A stretch of DNA of 64,000 nucleotides from the human T2T-CHM13v2.0 reference genome, Homo sapiens: NCBI GenBank assembly GCA_009914755.4, contig CP068257.2, positions 20,384,001-20,448,000 on the forward strand, written 5' to 3'. Position numbers and translations under genes: made by a program. Positions within the stretch are counted from its first letter, which is position 1; each line of letters begins with the position of its first letter. Under the pieces are notes generated by a model. The model was given only the letters and a program-made list of their open reading frames with translations. It was not told where the DNA came from and ran no database searches. Below are positions 49,701 through 62,869 of the stretch, piece by piece.

Positions 49701-51806
49701 GAGACATAAACAAGTTTTATGAAATAATTAAAGAGAAAATCTAGAAAGAGAATAAAACCTAGTTTAAATGAAAGTATTTATGCCAGTTAAGTTTTTGAAT
49801 TAATAATATTATTCCAAGAAAGAATAATTGCAAATTGAATAACACGAGATGCACAAAACATGAAATTGGGTTAAGAAGGACATAGGAACAGTATGTAGAT
49901 AACATGCGATTCTTGAGGAGTATGGATGAAACAATTCCACTATACATGTAGAAGAGAATATAACTGGTGGGAATTCAAAAAAATTAAATGAGAAGAAAGA
50001 AAAATTGAAAAAAAAACTTCTATAAGATGAAATCAGACTTCACAGTAAAGTGGTTGTATAGTCATTAGCCACTTGAAGGAGAAGGGAGTGTGAGTGTATT
50101 TTGAACAGTATAGAGGTCTGAAATAGTTATGTGGAGCAGTCAAGAACCAACCAAAGAAAAGCATTTTTAAGCAGTTTTAACAATCAGCTTGATATAGGGA
50201 CTTACCAGGTTCTCGAAAAATAATGCTAGATTTCTCTTAATTTCAATGTAAATCGTGGAAATTTAACTCTATAAAATTGTAGAGAAAAAAAGGAATATAC
50301 AATGTGATTAGGACTCATCTGGGCAGCCCCCTCTAGAGAGCTTAATACAAAAATATTTCCAGATGACAAAGAAAGCTTTTATTCCATTTATCCTGCTGAT
50401 TGAAAAATGAATACATTAATGCTGGCTTTAAAGGCAGTCATGGTCTACCCCAAAATATTTCACTTGCCTTGGTTCACAGTGGACCCTTCTAGGTGACCCA
50501 AAAGCTAGAGTCAACATGAACTACTTGAGATGGCCTAAAATGCTCCAAATTAGCAAACACTTATTCCTGCCATTCACATCATCGAAAATCCTCTTCCTAC
50601 ACAATACACCCATGAAACAGCAATTAATCTTTCAAGAACTACCTTAGACAAGCCTCTTTTTTTGAAGCTTTGTTGATTTACTAAACAGATATAATTTCTC
50701 TTTTGTATATTCACTTCACTTTTTTCTTCATTTATGGTAATTGTCATTCTAAACCCTGGGGTTTAGTGATCTATGGCTCTGTTTCTCTCCACCTCCTAAC
50801 CTATTCCATGTTGCTAAACAATGAGCAATGAAGTATCTTGATTACCTCTGAATACTAAATAAATACTTTCTGAATTATTTTCTCTACATAACTCAACATT
50901 CTTCTAATTTGTTGAAAAATTAGAACTAACACTAATTTGTTTCTCATTTATTTTCTATCTCCGTGAACTTTTTATTCTGTTTACTCATTTGATTTCTTAA
51001 TGAATATATTAAACATGAAGAAAAAAATGCATGTTCTATGGTGGTAATGTCTTTTTCCAAATGCTAATAAAATTTGTTTAAATGCTCTTATCAACTTTTT
51101 AATGGTTTTCCCAAAAGTTTTTAATTTAGGTAACCAAGCTTTAATTGGAATTAGAAGTATTTTACATATATTTTCTGAATTACCTTGTATTTAACAAATA
51201 TTAAAGTAAAACTATTGAAAATAGTTTATGGATAGAAATCTTAGAAGGTTGGCACCTTTTTATTAACTTCCCAGATATTTTTTAAAGTAGATTAAAAAGG
51301 TTGCTATGTAACATGAAAAAAAAAACTACCGTCTAAAATCTAATGATGATGCAGCAAGATTCTAAATCAACAATCTGCAGTCTCACATTATACCAATGCC
51401 ATATTGTAAATTACCTCTTAAGGCCAGAGAAAAAGTATTTCACAACTTCTCAAAATCAAATACGTTAACTGTATTCAGATGTTAGTTTTTCAAAGAATCA
51501 AGAGGTAAGCATCAGAATGTGATTTTTAAACATTTCCAATACTTCTTAACAAAAATTTTCTCTAACTTTTTTAAAGTCATGCACACCTAAGAAATTTTTT
51601 TTTCTGGTTTGGAACATCATATTATAAAGGTGTTCATATATTCAAAGCTAGATTGTGTTATCATGTTATACTTTTTCACTATTTTAAATAAGAAATATTA
51701 TCAATTACATGTGCCTATCACAGTATTTTATTCTGTTTTCTGATGGTCTTTTTTTCCTTAACTCTCACTTGGCTTGTTTGTATAGGAAGCAGAAGAAAAT
51801 ATCAGA

Positions 51807-52201
<395 letters not shown>

Positions 52202-52630
52202 TCATGTTTTGTAAGAAAGCTTGATTGTGATTACTGAAACTCCCTTTATTTTATTTTTAGGGGTCTGCAAAACTTTAATTCACACTTTATTATTAGGTTA
52301 TCTTATCAGCAATGCTCAGATCTTAATGTTGGCAGCATCTTTCTTTAGTATTGACACTAAGACATGAAGAATTGCTAGACCAATCTGTACAGCAAGCATG
52401 CTTTTCACATGTTCCACTTGGTCTTTCTGGTCAAAGATGAGACAACAGACAACTTGTAAATCAAGAATAGGAATTAAATGCATACTTCATTATGTAGTGA
52501 GGCTCCACTGGAAAGTAAAAGAGAACTCACTAGTTTCATATAAATGTGGCATGGGTAGAAAATAATCGGTTGAAACAAAAGACTTACATTTATGTTTCAT
52601 TTGTCTATTTTTTGTTCCTTAAAGCTTACT

Positions 52631-52852
52631 TTCATTTATTTATTTATTTATTATACTTTAAGTTCTGGGATACACATGCAGAACATGCAGGCTTGTTACA
52701 CAGGTATACACGTGACATGGTGGTTTGCTGCACCTATCAACCTGTCATCTATATTTGGTATTTCTCCTAACGCTATCCCTCCACTTGCCCCCCACCCCCC
52801 GACAGGCCCCAGTGTGTGATGTTCCCCTCCCCTTGTCCATGTGTTCTCATTT
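52631..52852 (-). mobile_element. L1PA/L1PB 3'-end fragment in antisense orientation, with a (TTTA)n tail at its left
   Basis: tttatttatttattatactttaagttctgggatacacatgcagaacatgcaggcttgttacacaggtatacacgtgacatggtggtttgctgcacctatcaacctgtcatctatatttggtatttctcctaacgctatccctcc...cccagtgtgtgatgttcccctccccttgtccatgtgttctcatt is the reverse complement of the L1 3' UTR (...aatgctagatgac...ggcacacgtatacctatgtaacaaacctgcacgttctgcacatgtatcccagaacttaaagtataa). Confidence 0.85.
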
Positions 52853-55800
52853 TTCAGATAGACTTAACAACAGACACAGAGGGATTTTAGTGAGGATAAA
52901 AAATAAAACAAAACAGTGCTCTGTAAATATCAGAATGAAATAAAATGGTATCTTCTTATAACACACAAAGTATCAGTAGAGAATATACTTTCCATTATTG
53001 AATTAAATAGTTAAATGTTTAACAGGATCTGTAAGTTTTATATTTTCAAAAAGGTCTAGGAAAGTTGGTAATCAAGGATCCACTAAATGGATCCTGGTTT
53101 TTTGTAACCTGTTCCATTTTCGGGATTTCTTTTCCCACACATACCTATTGTACAATCTTAGACGCTAATAGACTTATGCTCAGATATTTTTGATTATTTC
53201 CTTGTAATAATGAAAGAGCAATACTTTCTCATATCAGTATTCATGGAATCATCGATTCATTTATTTAGTCATTAATTTTTTTGTTTGATAAATGTTTACT
53301 CTAGACCAGAAACTGGGATGAGCCTTAGGAAATGTGCAGAGATGAACAAAGCCTGTGAAGTAATCAGGGTTCTTTTTACTGTATCAATATTTACTCCATT
53401 AGAAATAAGGGGGTTTGAGAAAGGAGTGAGAACAGGGTTCAAGTCGAGTATTTTTCACTGAGTGACTCTGAGGAACCCTCCTGCGATCTTTACTATTTGA
53501 TTTGTAACCTGTTTAAATTCTACTGAAAACTTAAAATTCAGTAAATGCAGTTCCTGAAGTATATAGCAATCATTTTGAAATGTGTAGTCTCTTCCTACCA
53601 TAAACAGTTATTAGAAGACAGTGTTTTATACTAGCATTCCATGACAAGTGTCTTTATCAGTCATAATGATTGTGATTACCAATCCTAAAGTTAGATGGAC
53701 AATGATTGTATATTGGATTATCTATTTTACTAAAATAGAATTTAACCTCCTCTCCATTGGGCCTACGAAAAAGTAAATGTTAACCATTTGGGGTTTCTCA
53801 CCACAACACAGCTTTGTGAAACAAGTTCCTATCAATTGTCAAAGCTTCAAAGTACTTCAAAATATCGATTACATCTGCAGGTAAATTCAGGCATGGGCTG
53901 AGAGGATTTGAGGTAAATTAGCAATAGTATTGGTTGCATGAAAGTGTGGCTTGAATAAAAAAATTCTATACTAGCTGTGTGGATGATATAAGTATATTCA
54001 CTATTAATATTTTTATATATGGTAAAATGACCACAACTAAGGTTAATATTTGTTCACTTTTTAATGAAAATATATCTATATGTTTCTATTAAAATCAATA
54101 ATTATTTTTTAAAAAATAGTTTATCCCTTTATATAAAATGATTAGGAAGACCTAACCACCCTTAACATCAAAGTGAGTAATATCTGAACAACCTTATAAT
54201 GCTATACTTGCTAAAATATCCTCGGCATTTGATTGAATGCAGAGTCTTTCACACTGATTTTTTTATTATAAGGTTAATACATCAATTATTAACTGATATT
54301 TAACATTGCTAAGAGAATAGTATACAAAAGCAAAAATAAAAGGGTAAATTGGCTTAAACATATTTCTTAAATTTAATGAAGCATATTCAATATTTTAAAA
54401 ATAATTATAATCATATAGCAAGAAGCTATAAGCCATTTTTCATGATTGACATTTTACTGAGTTTCTTATTAATTTGAAAACTATTTTGATAATGTCATGA
54501 ATTTATTCTCCATGTTTTAACATTCATATGTTAATACTGTACACATTTATAGTTGCAGAAGTGTTTATTTATAGGTATTGAAAATTAGAAAATTAATTTT
54601 CTGTATTTTTTTATATTCCAGGTCAGTTATTATGCAAAATGAAAAGGTAATAGTGTTGCTCTCCTCAGGTTGAAAGCACACAATATGCATTCTTTTTTGT
54701 AAGATATATTGATTAATGAAACAAAGATAAATTTGTCACCCATGTAAAAACAATTGATTTCACCGAACTAGAAATCTGAAATCGCACATGGATACACTAA
54801 ATAATTCTAATGTAATTATTCCTAGTATACTTAAACAGCTAAAAAACAAACAAAGATTTCAACTTTTTGCTGGAAAAAAACGTTTTTTAAGTCTAGGGTT
54901 TATTTATAATGCAGTTATAGGTAATGCAAAATGGATGACATTCACCTCCCAGCCAAGGCTAAACATGCAGTAGTAAAAGACTGATTTTATCTTAAAACTA
55001 ATTAGAAATGATCTCATCAAAATCATTCTTGCCTTTTTATTTTTAATCTCCGAGCTGGTATTACCCTTTAATCAAATTGACAATACTAGAGGCTATAATG
55101 AAGATGAAAGTGACACATTTTTAAATTTTTAATGTTACTTTTTTCTTTTAATTTTATAATTAGGTCTTATCTTTGAAAGTGATAAATTTGCTTTATATTT
55201 AAGAAGCTAATAAAGACTGTAGGGAAAAATGTTATCATGATTTATATAGATTTTCTAGTAGTTTACATGAGAGAATAATATTCATGTTTAATGTAAAAAT
55301 GAAATTTAATATCAAAGTGATCTATAGGTACATTTCAAATAACAAAAGTAAAAATTAAATAAAGGTTAATTGAGTATGAAGTACGTTTATAACTTCTTTT
55401 AATTATTCTCTCTTTCATTGAAAAAATGCTAAGCACCTATCAGATTTTATGTATCTTTTTTTGAAATTATACCTATAATAGGAATGAGACAAAGTCACAG
55501 CTCTTTTACAAGTTGTCCATTCTGGTGAACTGAGACAATACTAAACAAACAAATCTTAAGACTGACAGAAAATTAAAATAGAGAGAGGTGATAGAGTCAT
55601 AGTGGATACTTTTAATTAGCAGTTGAACAAGCTGTCATGAACATCTTCAGGGTAAAAAGAAAAGACGCAATGAAAAGCTATGCATTCTGCAGATTTATAT
55701 TTACAACTAAAACACTAAAGCAGAAACTAGATTGCCACTTTCCATGGTGCTCTTATACTGGTAGATAGGGCAGAGCATGCAGTGTTTAATCCAAATTTGC

Positions 55801-58692
55801 ATTTTATGCCAGGTATAAAGAAATGCCATCAACACGTTTTAGACAACAGAGTAACACAATCAGAACCAGCTCATGCTGGTCGCTGTATAAAGAGGGGACT
55901 TTAGAGCAATAAAATTTAAAAAGGGATAAATATTAAGAGATTATTACAACAGTTTTCCTGACACACGCTTAATTTCAGATTAAAGCAGGAGAAATGAAAA
56001 GTAGTGGATAGATTTACCATGTATTTTTTTGCTGACATTATTAAGGTATTGGTAAATTAGCTTTAGGAGTAAAAGAAAAACGGCTTGTAGGTTTTTGTTT
56101 TTAGGGAGAATTTAAAATTTTTTTGCTTTGCCTTATTTTGTTTTCAGTGCAAGTTGGAGATGCACCTTAGATTGCCAAAAGGAGATAACAATCATGAATA
56201 TAATAGGAATAAGTTATGATAGAAAGAGCAATTGGTGGACGGATGGTAAAGAGAAAGCAACATTTTTACATCCTAAAAAGGCGTCTCAGTATTTCGATTA
56301 AGAATGTTTTAAACTTTACTGATGTGTAATATATATTTGGAAAAGTTTGCATGTTATCAGGAATATGTTTTCATAAATTAAGCTCTCTTTTCCAGCATAC
56401 AAATCAAGAGACGGAACATTACAAGGGCCCCCAAAGTTCCTTTGCTGTTCCTTTCCAGTACTTACCTCTCCTAGCTCTAGGGTTAGAAATTATCTTAACT
56501 TCTCACAGCATAAGATAGTTTTGCCTGTGTTTAAACTTTATACGGCAGGAATCACACTCTATCCTTTTTTTGCGTCTTATTTTACTCAACATTATGTTAA
56601 AAAATTTATCTGCATTGTGTTGTAACTTGTCTACCCAGAGTTTAAAGTAAAATGCATAATTGTTTACAAGAGCAGAATTTTCTTTTTATAAAGACATGGA
56701 TTTGAATGTAAGTCAATAATAGAAAATATGAATATTGAGTTAAAATTAAGTAATTTTTTAAAAGTTTCTGAAAGCTGCTTACATTTCCTACTTTTCTTTC
56801 ATGTATATTTTACCACATGTCCACTTATACTCCCCAAATTTTCAACTGTAACAACCAAAATGTGTATTATTCAGTAGATATACCTATTACAAAAAAATCA
56901 AAGAAATAAATTTATGAAGATGAAACAGATAATTACATACATATATTTTACAGTTAATTTAATTATATTAAATGTGTAAAAGAATATAATTCTAAGACTT
57001 ATTAAACCCATCTTTGAAGGTTTTTGTGAAGGTTTGGTCACTTTCTGCATCAGTTATCACATGTGGCAACTCCATGTCTATCTTCATATTTTAGCCTGTG
57101 AGGAACCATTTGAAATTACATTTCTTTTTTTCTGTTCATTCTTACAGAAACATTTTGATGGAATTAACACATCATTTTCACACTGAAACATCCAATGAGT
57201 TCACTTCGCCCACTGCCCAGATAAAGCTAATTTATCAAGCCAGGGGAATTGGAATAGAGAAAGAGTTTTACACACCTAGAGCTGGCTAAATTGGAGAACA
57301 GAGCTTTATTGTTACTCAAATCTGCCTCTCCCAAAATTTGGAGGCTAGGGTTTTTCATGAAAAGTTTTGTGGCAGGAGGCTAGGGAATTGGCGCTGCTTA
57401 TTGGTGGGAAAATGCAACCATAGGGGAGTGGAAAAGGGTCCTTGTGTGCTGATTCTACTTCTGGGTAGGGGCCACAGGGCTGGTTGAGTCAAAAGTTGTG
57501 GGTTTTAGATAGGGTTATCAGTCTTCAGAAATGCGAAAGCCTGAGAAGACATCTCAAAAGGCTAATCTTAGGTTCTACAATAGTGATGTTATCTGCAGGA
57601 GAAATTGAGAAAGTTGCCTAATCTTGTGACCTCCAGGAATAAGGTCTGGTAATTGTTTACATCTACTCCTTAGCAGAATTCAGGCTCTTCTCTAGACCTG
57701 GTGGACTTCCTTTCATTTTACAAAGATGGTTTAGTTTGGGGGAAAGGCTGTTATCATTTAAACTATAAACTAGACTTCTCCTAAAGTTAGCTTGGCCCAA
57801 GGTCAGGAATGACAAAGGGCTGTTTGGAGGTTAAAGGAAAGATGGGATTTGGTCTGATCAGATCAATTTCACTGTCATAATTTTCTCATTGTTATAATTT
57901 TTGCAAAGGCAATTTCAATGTTCATAAATATAAAGATTGGTTTATTAATATGTACATGATGTTAATTATTATGTCTATAATTATTTCTTTAGCATATATG
58001 TGTCTGGTTCTTCACATAGTTTATTTTTTAAAATTAATTCAAAGATCTTAAGTGATGTGTTCTATGCTGATTATACAGAAGAGACTAGCCCTGCTACAGC
58101 TAAAGCAATAAATTTAGTCATAACCTGTTTCTGTTACCTGCCTACTTGGCTGCCTATGGGACATCCTGAACTAAGTATGGAAAAAAACAAAATTTTTACC
58201 CATAAAAATATGGATATATTCTAAAAATGTAGAACCCTGAAAATGGTAACCACATGGATATATATGTTTATATAACCATATACATGTTATTTTCTTATTC
58301 ATCAAATCTCTTTAAAATATAATTAGTTGTTTTAATTAGCTGTTTTAAAAGCAATAATAGTAAGAATATAATGTGGAGTAAATAACATACATTGATACAT
58401 AAGTAAAATGTAAGATAATGAAGGCATAAAAAGGCCAGAAGAGAAGAAATTAAAGGACTTATTTTCTATGTGAAATGGTTTAGTGTCAATTAAAGGCAGA
58501 CCATGACAAGTTATAAGCATGTCATAAACCCTAAAACAAGCACTGAAATAACAAAATAAAGAGTTATAGCTAATAAAGCAAGAGAGAAACATATATTTAA
58601 ATTTGTTCCTTTCTACTTATCCTAGTTTGTCTATCTCTGTCTTATCCACTCCTTTGTCTATCTCTGTCTAACAACCTCTAACCCAAAACTCT

Positions 58693-59338
58693 CCAAAGCT
58701 TTTGTCAGAGGCGGTCAAACCAGAGTGACTCCGTCTTGAATAGGGGCTGGGTAAAATAAGGCTGAGACCTATTAGGCTTCATTTCCAGGAGGTTAGCCAT
58801 TCTAAATCACAGGATGAAATAGAAGGTTGGCACAAGGTACAGATTACAAAGGCCTTGCTGATAAAAGGATGTGTTAAAAGAACTGGCAGAAACCCACCAA
58901 AACCAAGATGGCAACAATAGTGACCTCTGGTCATCCTCACTGCTCTTTATATGTCAATTATAATGCATTAACATGCTAAAGGACACTCCCACCAGTGCCA
59001 TTACAGTTTACAATGCCATGGCAACATCAAGAAGTTACCCTATATGTTCTAGAAAGGGGAGGATCCATCAATTCCAGGAATATTCCATCCTTTTCCCAGA
59101 AAACTCATGAATAATCCACCCTTTGTTTAGCATGTAATCAAGAAGTAATTATAAGTACAATCAGTGGAGCAGCCCATGTCACTGTTCTGCCTATGGAGTA
59201 GCCATTCTTTTGTTTCTTTACTTTCTTAATGAACTTGCTTTCACATTAGTCTATGGACTTGCCCTGAATTCTTTCTTTCTTGCACGAGGTTCAAGAAACC
59301 TCTCCTGGGGTCTAGATAGGGACCCCTTTCCAGTAACA
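58693..59338 (+). mobile_element. ERV class-I-type LTR (TG...CA termini; poly-A signal aataaa...gctttcac near the 3' end); family not assignable by eye, possibly the MER4/LTR8-like group
   Basis: Starts tgtcagaggcggtcaaaccagag. The interior reads ...aaaccaagatggcaacaatagtgacctctggtcatcctcactgct...cccaccagtgccattacagtttacaatgccatggcaacatcaagaagttaccctatatg.... It ends ...tttgtttctttactttcttaatgaacttgctttcacattagtctatggacttgccctgaattctttc...gggacccctttccagtaaca. Confidence 0.6.
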
Positions 59339-59340
59339 CT

Positions 59341-59665
59341 CAATGAGCAGTGGCTCATTATATGCTAATTATAATACATTAACAGACATTCCCACCAGCA
59401 CCATGACAGTTTACAAATGCCATGGCAATGTTTGGAAGTCACCCTATGTAGTCTGAAGAGGAGAGGAGCCCTCAGTTCCAGGAAATCTCTGCCCCTTCCC
59501 CAGAAGACTCTTGTTTAACATATAATCAAGAAATAACTCTGCCTATGTAGTAGCCATTTTTTTGTTTCTTTACTTCTCTAATAAATTTGCTTTCACTTTA
59601 CTCTATGGACTTGCCCTGATTTCTTTCCTGAGTGAGGTCCAAGAACCGTCTCTTGGGGTCTGGAT
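59341..59665 (+). mobile_element. Second, 5'-truncated tandem copy of the same LTR (aligns to 58925-59320 of the first copy at roughly 80% identity)
   Basis: caatgagcagtggctcattatatgctaattataatacattaacagacattcccaccagcaccatgacagtttacaaatgccatggcaatgtttggaagtcaccctatgtagtc...tttgtttctttacttctctaataaatttgctttcactttactctatggacttgccctgatttctttcctgagtgaggtccaagaaccgtctcttggggtctggatcag. Confidence 0.6.
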
Positions 59666-61316
59666 CAGTGAGACAGCCAATTATAAAGGGTTCCCAGAGA
59701 ACCTCTGACTGCTCTGCAAGCTAGTTGCAATGAACACTGGGGTGGAAGCTGGCCCCTCATCTTCCTGGGTGGAACCTGAGATTCAATTTGTGTGGTGGGA
59801 AACCTATATTAGCAGAACTCTCGCTCTGCTTGAGAGTCCCTGTTTCCTTTTTATTTTTCCTTTTTGCCCAAGAAATTCATTTTTCTCACCCTTCAAATTG
59901 CCTGCAAGCCTAATTTTTCATGGTCCTATGACAAGGATTCTGTCTTTAGCTAAACTAAGAAAAAGTCCTACAACATCTTGACCCCTTTCTGCTAGCACTG
60001 TCAGCTAGGTTTTTAATATGTGAAACTTATTTTAAGTTTCAAAGTCGGGGCTGAAGGAAATTAAAATATTTTACCTCAAAATATATTTCTTTGACATATT
60101 TAAAAACGGTTTACATTTGGCTACCAGACAGAAGTAGCCTTATCTTAAGTGGGGAACATTTGCATCTGTAGAGAATCTCTGTTAAGACAGCCATGCCACC
60201 TCCACTTTCTATACCTTTCTCCAATCCAAGAGCAATTGAGAGTCTGCCAGTTTTAAAAGGCTGAAAAGAAACACTGACCATCTATTCTTTCTAAGCAAGT
60301 CTTTATTCACATAACAAAGCTGCCTACAAAGGCCGTAACAAAGTTGCTAGCTAAGCTTCTTCTCCCCTTTCCAAAACATGTTTTATCAGAGCCTAAACCC
60401 TCATTCTTTCTGTAATCTCAATATGATTATAAATTTCTGTAACAGTAGGAAGTTGAGTGTTCATTCTGAAGGCTCCCGTGTATGCACGTTAAATACATTT
60501 GTATGCTTTTTCTCCTACTAAAAATAAATAAACAAATAAATGAATAAAATAGAAATAATTGATTCAAGTAAGATTTTTTTAATGAGGAAAACTGGAAGAA
60601 ATGCCAGATAGTACCAATTTTTAAAATAGAAAGATGACAGAATTAAACTAACCATATCATAAAGAGTATAAATATCTCACTTAAAAGGCAGATTGTCAGA
60701 TAGAATAAAAAAGACAAGACCAAATCACATGTTGCTAAAAGAAAAGGGCTTGAAATATAAATAAATAAATGTTTTATAATGAAGAAAGAAAAACTACACC
60801 TTAGGAAGTATACACTAATTAAACATGAAATAACTATATAAAATTATAAATTATCTCAAATTCAAATTTATCTAGATGTTCCTTTTTCGTTTTTATTATT
60901 TTTATAATCTAGGATCACAAATTTTAAGAATCTAAAATTTTCTACAATGATAAAGAGGAAAACAATTGGAATTCCACATGTACAATTTGATAACACTCAC
61001 CAAGTATTTATTGAACTGTCACATCATTGGTTAATATAAGGCTTTTAGGAAAAAAGCAAGGCAGTAAGGTATTTTTGTAACTTAACTTTCAGGCTGTTTA
61101 CAATTAAAGTTAGTGTACAAATAAAGACACCAATACATATCAATTTCTTCTTAATTTTCAATGACTTTGTCATTCTGAATAAGCTGTGGGCTAGGTACTA
61201 TGTGTTAAGTAAAACTAGGAAATTCATAAACAAATGCTTTTCTAAAGACAGACAGTGCTGTCAAATTGCTAGCAGATTAGTGAAGAGCCCCAGCAAGTTA
61301 GCGAGATTTCCAGTAG

Positions 61317-61935
61317 TGTGACTTTGGCTTGGCAGTAAAATAAAGATATGCTCAAATTGCTATAAAAACCCATGATCCCAAATTCAGAAAAGTGATAATG
61401 GGTTTCCAGATTGAGTGACATGTACAGTGAGTTCTAAAGAGTAAACGCCATGTAGAAAATCTTAACAGAGGAAAAGTGCACATTAGAGAGCGGGAAAGAT
61501 TTGTGCCAAAAACTAGATGTAAAATAAAGCAGACTTTGTGGGTCTAAGGAATGGGACATTGTTCAGTGTAAGCGGAACACAATCTGATAAATGAGGTGGC
61601 AGCATTCGCTGACCTGATCATGAAGTTTTTTGTGTGCCATAGTACTTTTTATGTCTTATCTTTATTTGCATTTTTTCTATTTTGAACTTCATTTAATCAT
61701 CTCAGTTTTTTGTTGTTGCTGTTTTTGTTGTTGTTGTTTTTGAGACAGAGTTTTGCTCTTGTTGCCCAGGCTGGAGTGTGCAATGGCGTGATCTTAGCTC
61801 ACTGCAACAACCATCTCCCGGGTTCAAGTTAATCTTCTCAGATTTTAAAGGTGCCAGTGGAGAAAAGTATGGGTATATCATTCCAAATACGTTCTTCTTT
61901 CTTTTCCACTACTCACTGGGCAATCCTGACAGTCA
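61317..61935. repeat. Copy 1 of a low-copy local duplicated block (A segment 61317-61478, plus B segment, truncated Alu and flank to about 61935)
   Basis: Sequence shared with 62517-62672 (direct) and 62870-63560 (inverted); see findings. Confidence 0.7.
61716..61848 (-). mobile_element. Truncated Alu (3' roughly 125 bp only), homologous in position to the full Alu at 62995-63304
   Basis: ttgttgtttttgagacagagttttgctcttgttgcccaggctggagtgtgcaatggcgtgatcttagctcactgcaacaaccatctcccgggttcaagttaatcttctcag. Confidence 0.85.
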
Positions 61936-61989
61936 CTTAACCTATCTAAGGTTCTGATACTTTATCTGTTAAATGAACACATTAATATA

Positions 61990-62030
61990 TATACACATAT
62001 ATATATATATATATATATACATCTGCCAAC
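61990..62030. repeat. (TA)n microsatellite with CA interruptions
   Basis: atatatacacatatatatatatatatatatacatc. Confidence 0.9.
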
Positions 62031-62516
62031 AACACAGAAAAATCATTAATTGAAGCATGAGAAAGCACTCTAGAGAAAGCAAAATGATGCATAGGCTTAA
62101 ATGAGTATTAATATTACTGCTAAATGTTTTTATTAAATAATTATATATTTTTTGACAAACCAGAAATGTCAATTGGAATACATGAGACAAAAAGCAAGGA
62201 GCAAATTTTCAAATCTTTTAAAATGGTATGTCATATAGTATTTGTGTTTCCTAAATAGCTATCACAAACTTTTTATAAACGCTAAAGGGCATTTTAGGGT
62301 GGCTTATGTTATTTTAAATTGCCTGTTGTTAAGGTAACCGGTTCCTTGGGATTTCCAGTAGAAAGGATCTTTCCATATCACAGTCAGACTCTCCATTGGT
62401 GTAAGTCATATAACCACCTGCTACATTATAGGTCTGTTTATTGATTCTTTTCAAAAGAATTCCAAAGGGACAGTTATTGTTTAATGTTTAAATAGTTATT
62501 GTTTAATGTTAAATTG

Positions 62517-62672
62517 TGTGACTTTTGCTTGGCAGTAAAATATGCTTAGATTGCTGTAAAAACCCAGAATAAAGGCAATAATCCCAAATTGGGAAAGGCA
62601 ATAATGGATTTCCAGATTGAGTGACATATAAGGCGAGTTCTAAAGAATAAGAGTCATGTAGAAAATCTCAAC
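62517..62672. repeat. Direct partial copy (A') of the duplicated block, roughly 85% identical to 61317-61478, containing a small internal duplication (aaaggcaataat x2)
   Basis: tgtgtgacttttgcttggcagtaaaatatgcttagattgctgtaaaaacccagaataaaggcaataatcccaaattgggaaaggcaataatggatttccagattgagtgacatataaggcgagttctaaagaataagagtcatgtagaaaatctcaacagaggaaaagt aligns with tgtgactttggcttggcagtaaaataaagatatgctcaaattgctataaaaacccatgatcccaaattcagaaaagtgataatgggtttccagattgagtgacatgtacagtgagttctaaagagtaaacgccatgtagaaaatcttaacagaggaaaagt. Confidence 0.8.
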
Positions 62673-62869
62673 AGAGGAAAAGTTATGAGATGATTTTTAA
62701 ATGGTTTTATTTTGTGTATAGGAAAATGAAGACATGACTATGATCACATAATAAATATCTTTTAAAACAAAGTTATTTTTGATGCAAATAGAAATAATAC
62801 AAAAGAGAACCTGGAAAAAGTAATGCTGTGATAGATGATAGTCACAAACTGTGCATAACTAGATTCATT

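Noticed and set aside
58628-58670. Short direct repeats (ttgtctatctctgtct x2) and other small tandem repeats (46610-46675; 62471-62510 agttattgtttaatgtt x2) that superficially resemble repeat-spacer periodicity
   Set aside because: There are only two copies each, in a eukaryotic context, with no cas genes and no regular spacer lengths. These are simple slippage duplications, not CRISPR arrays.
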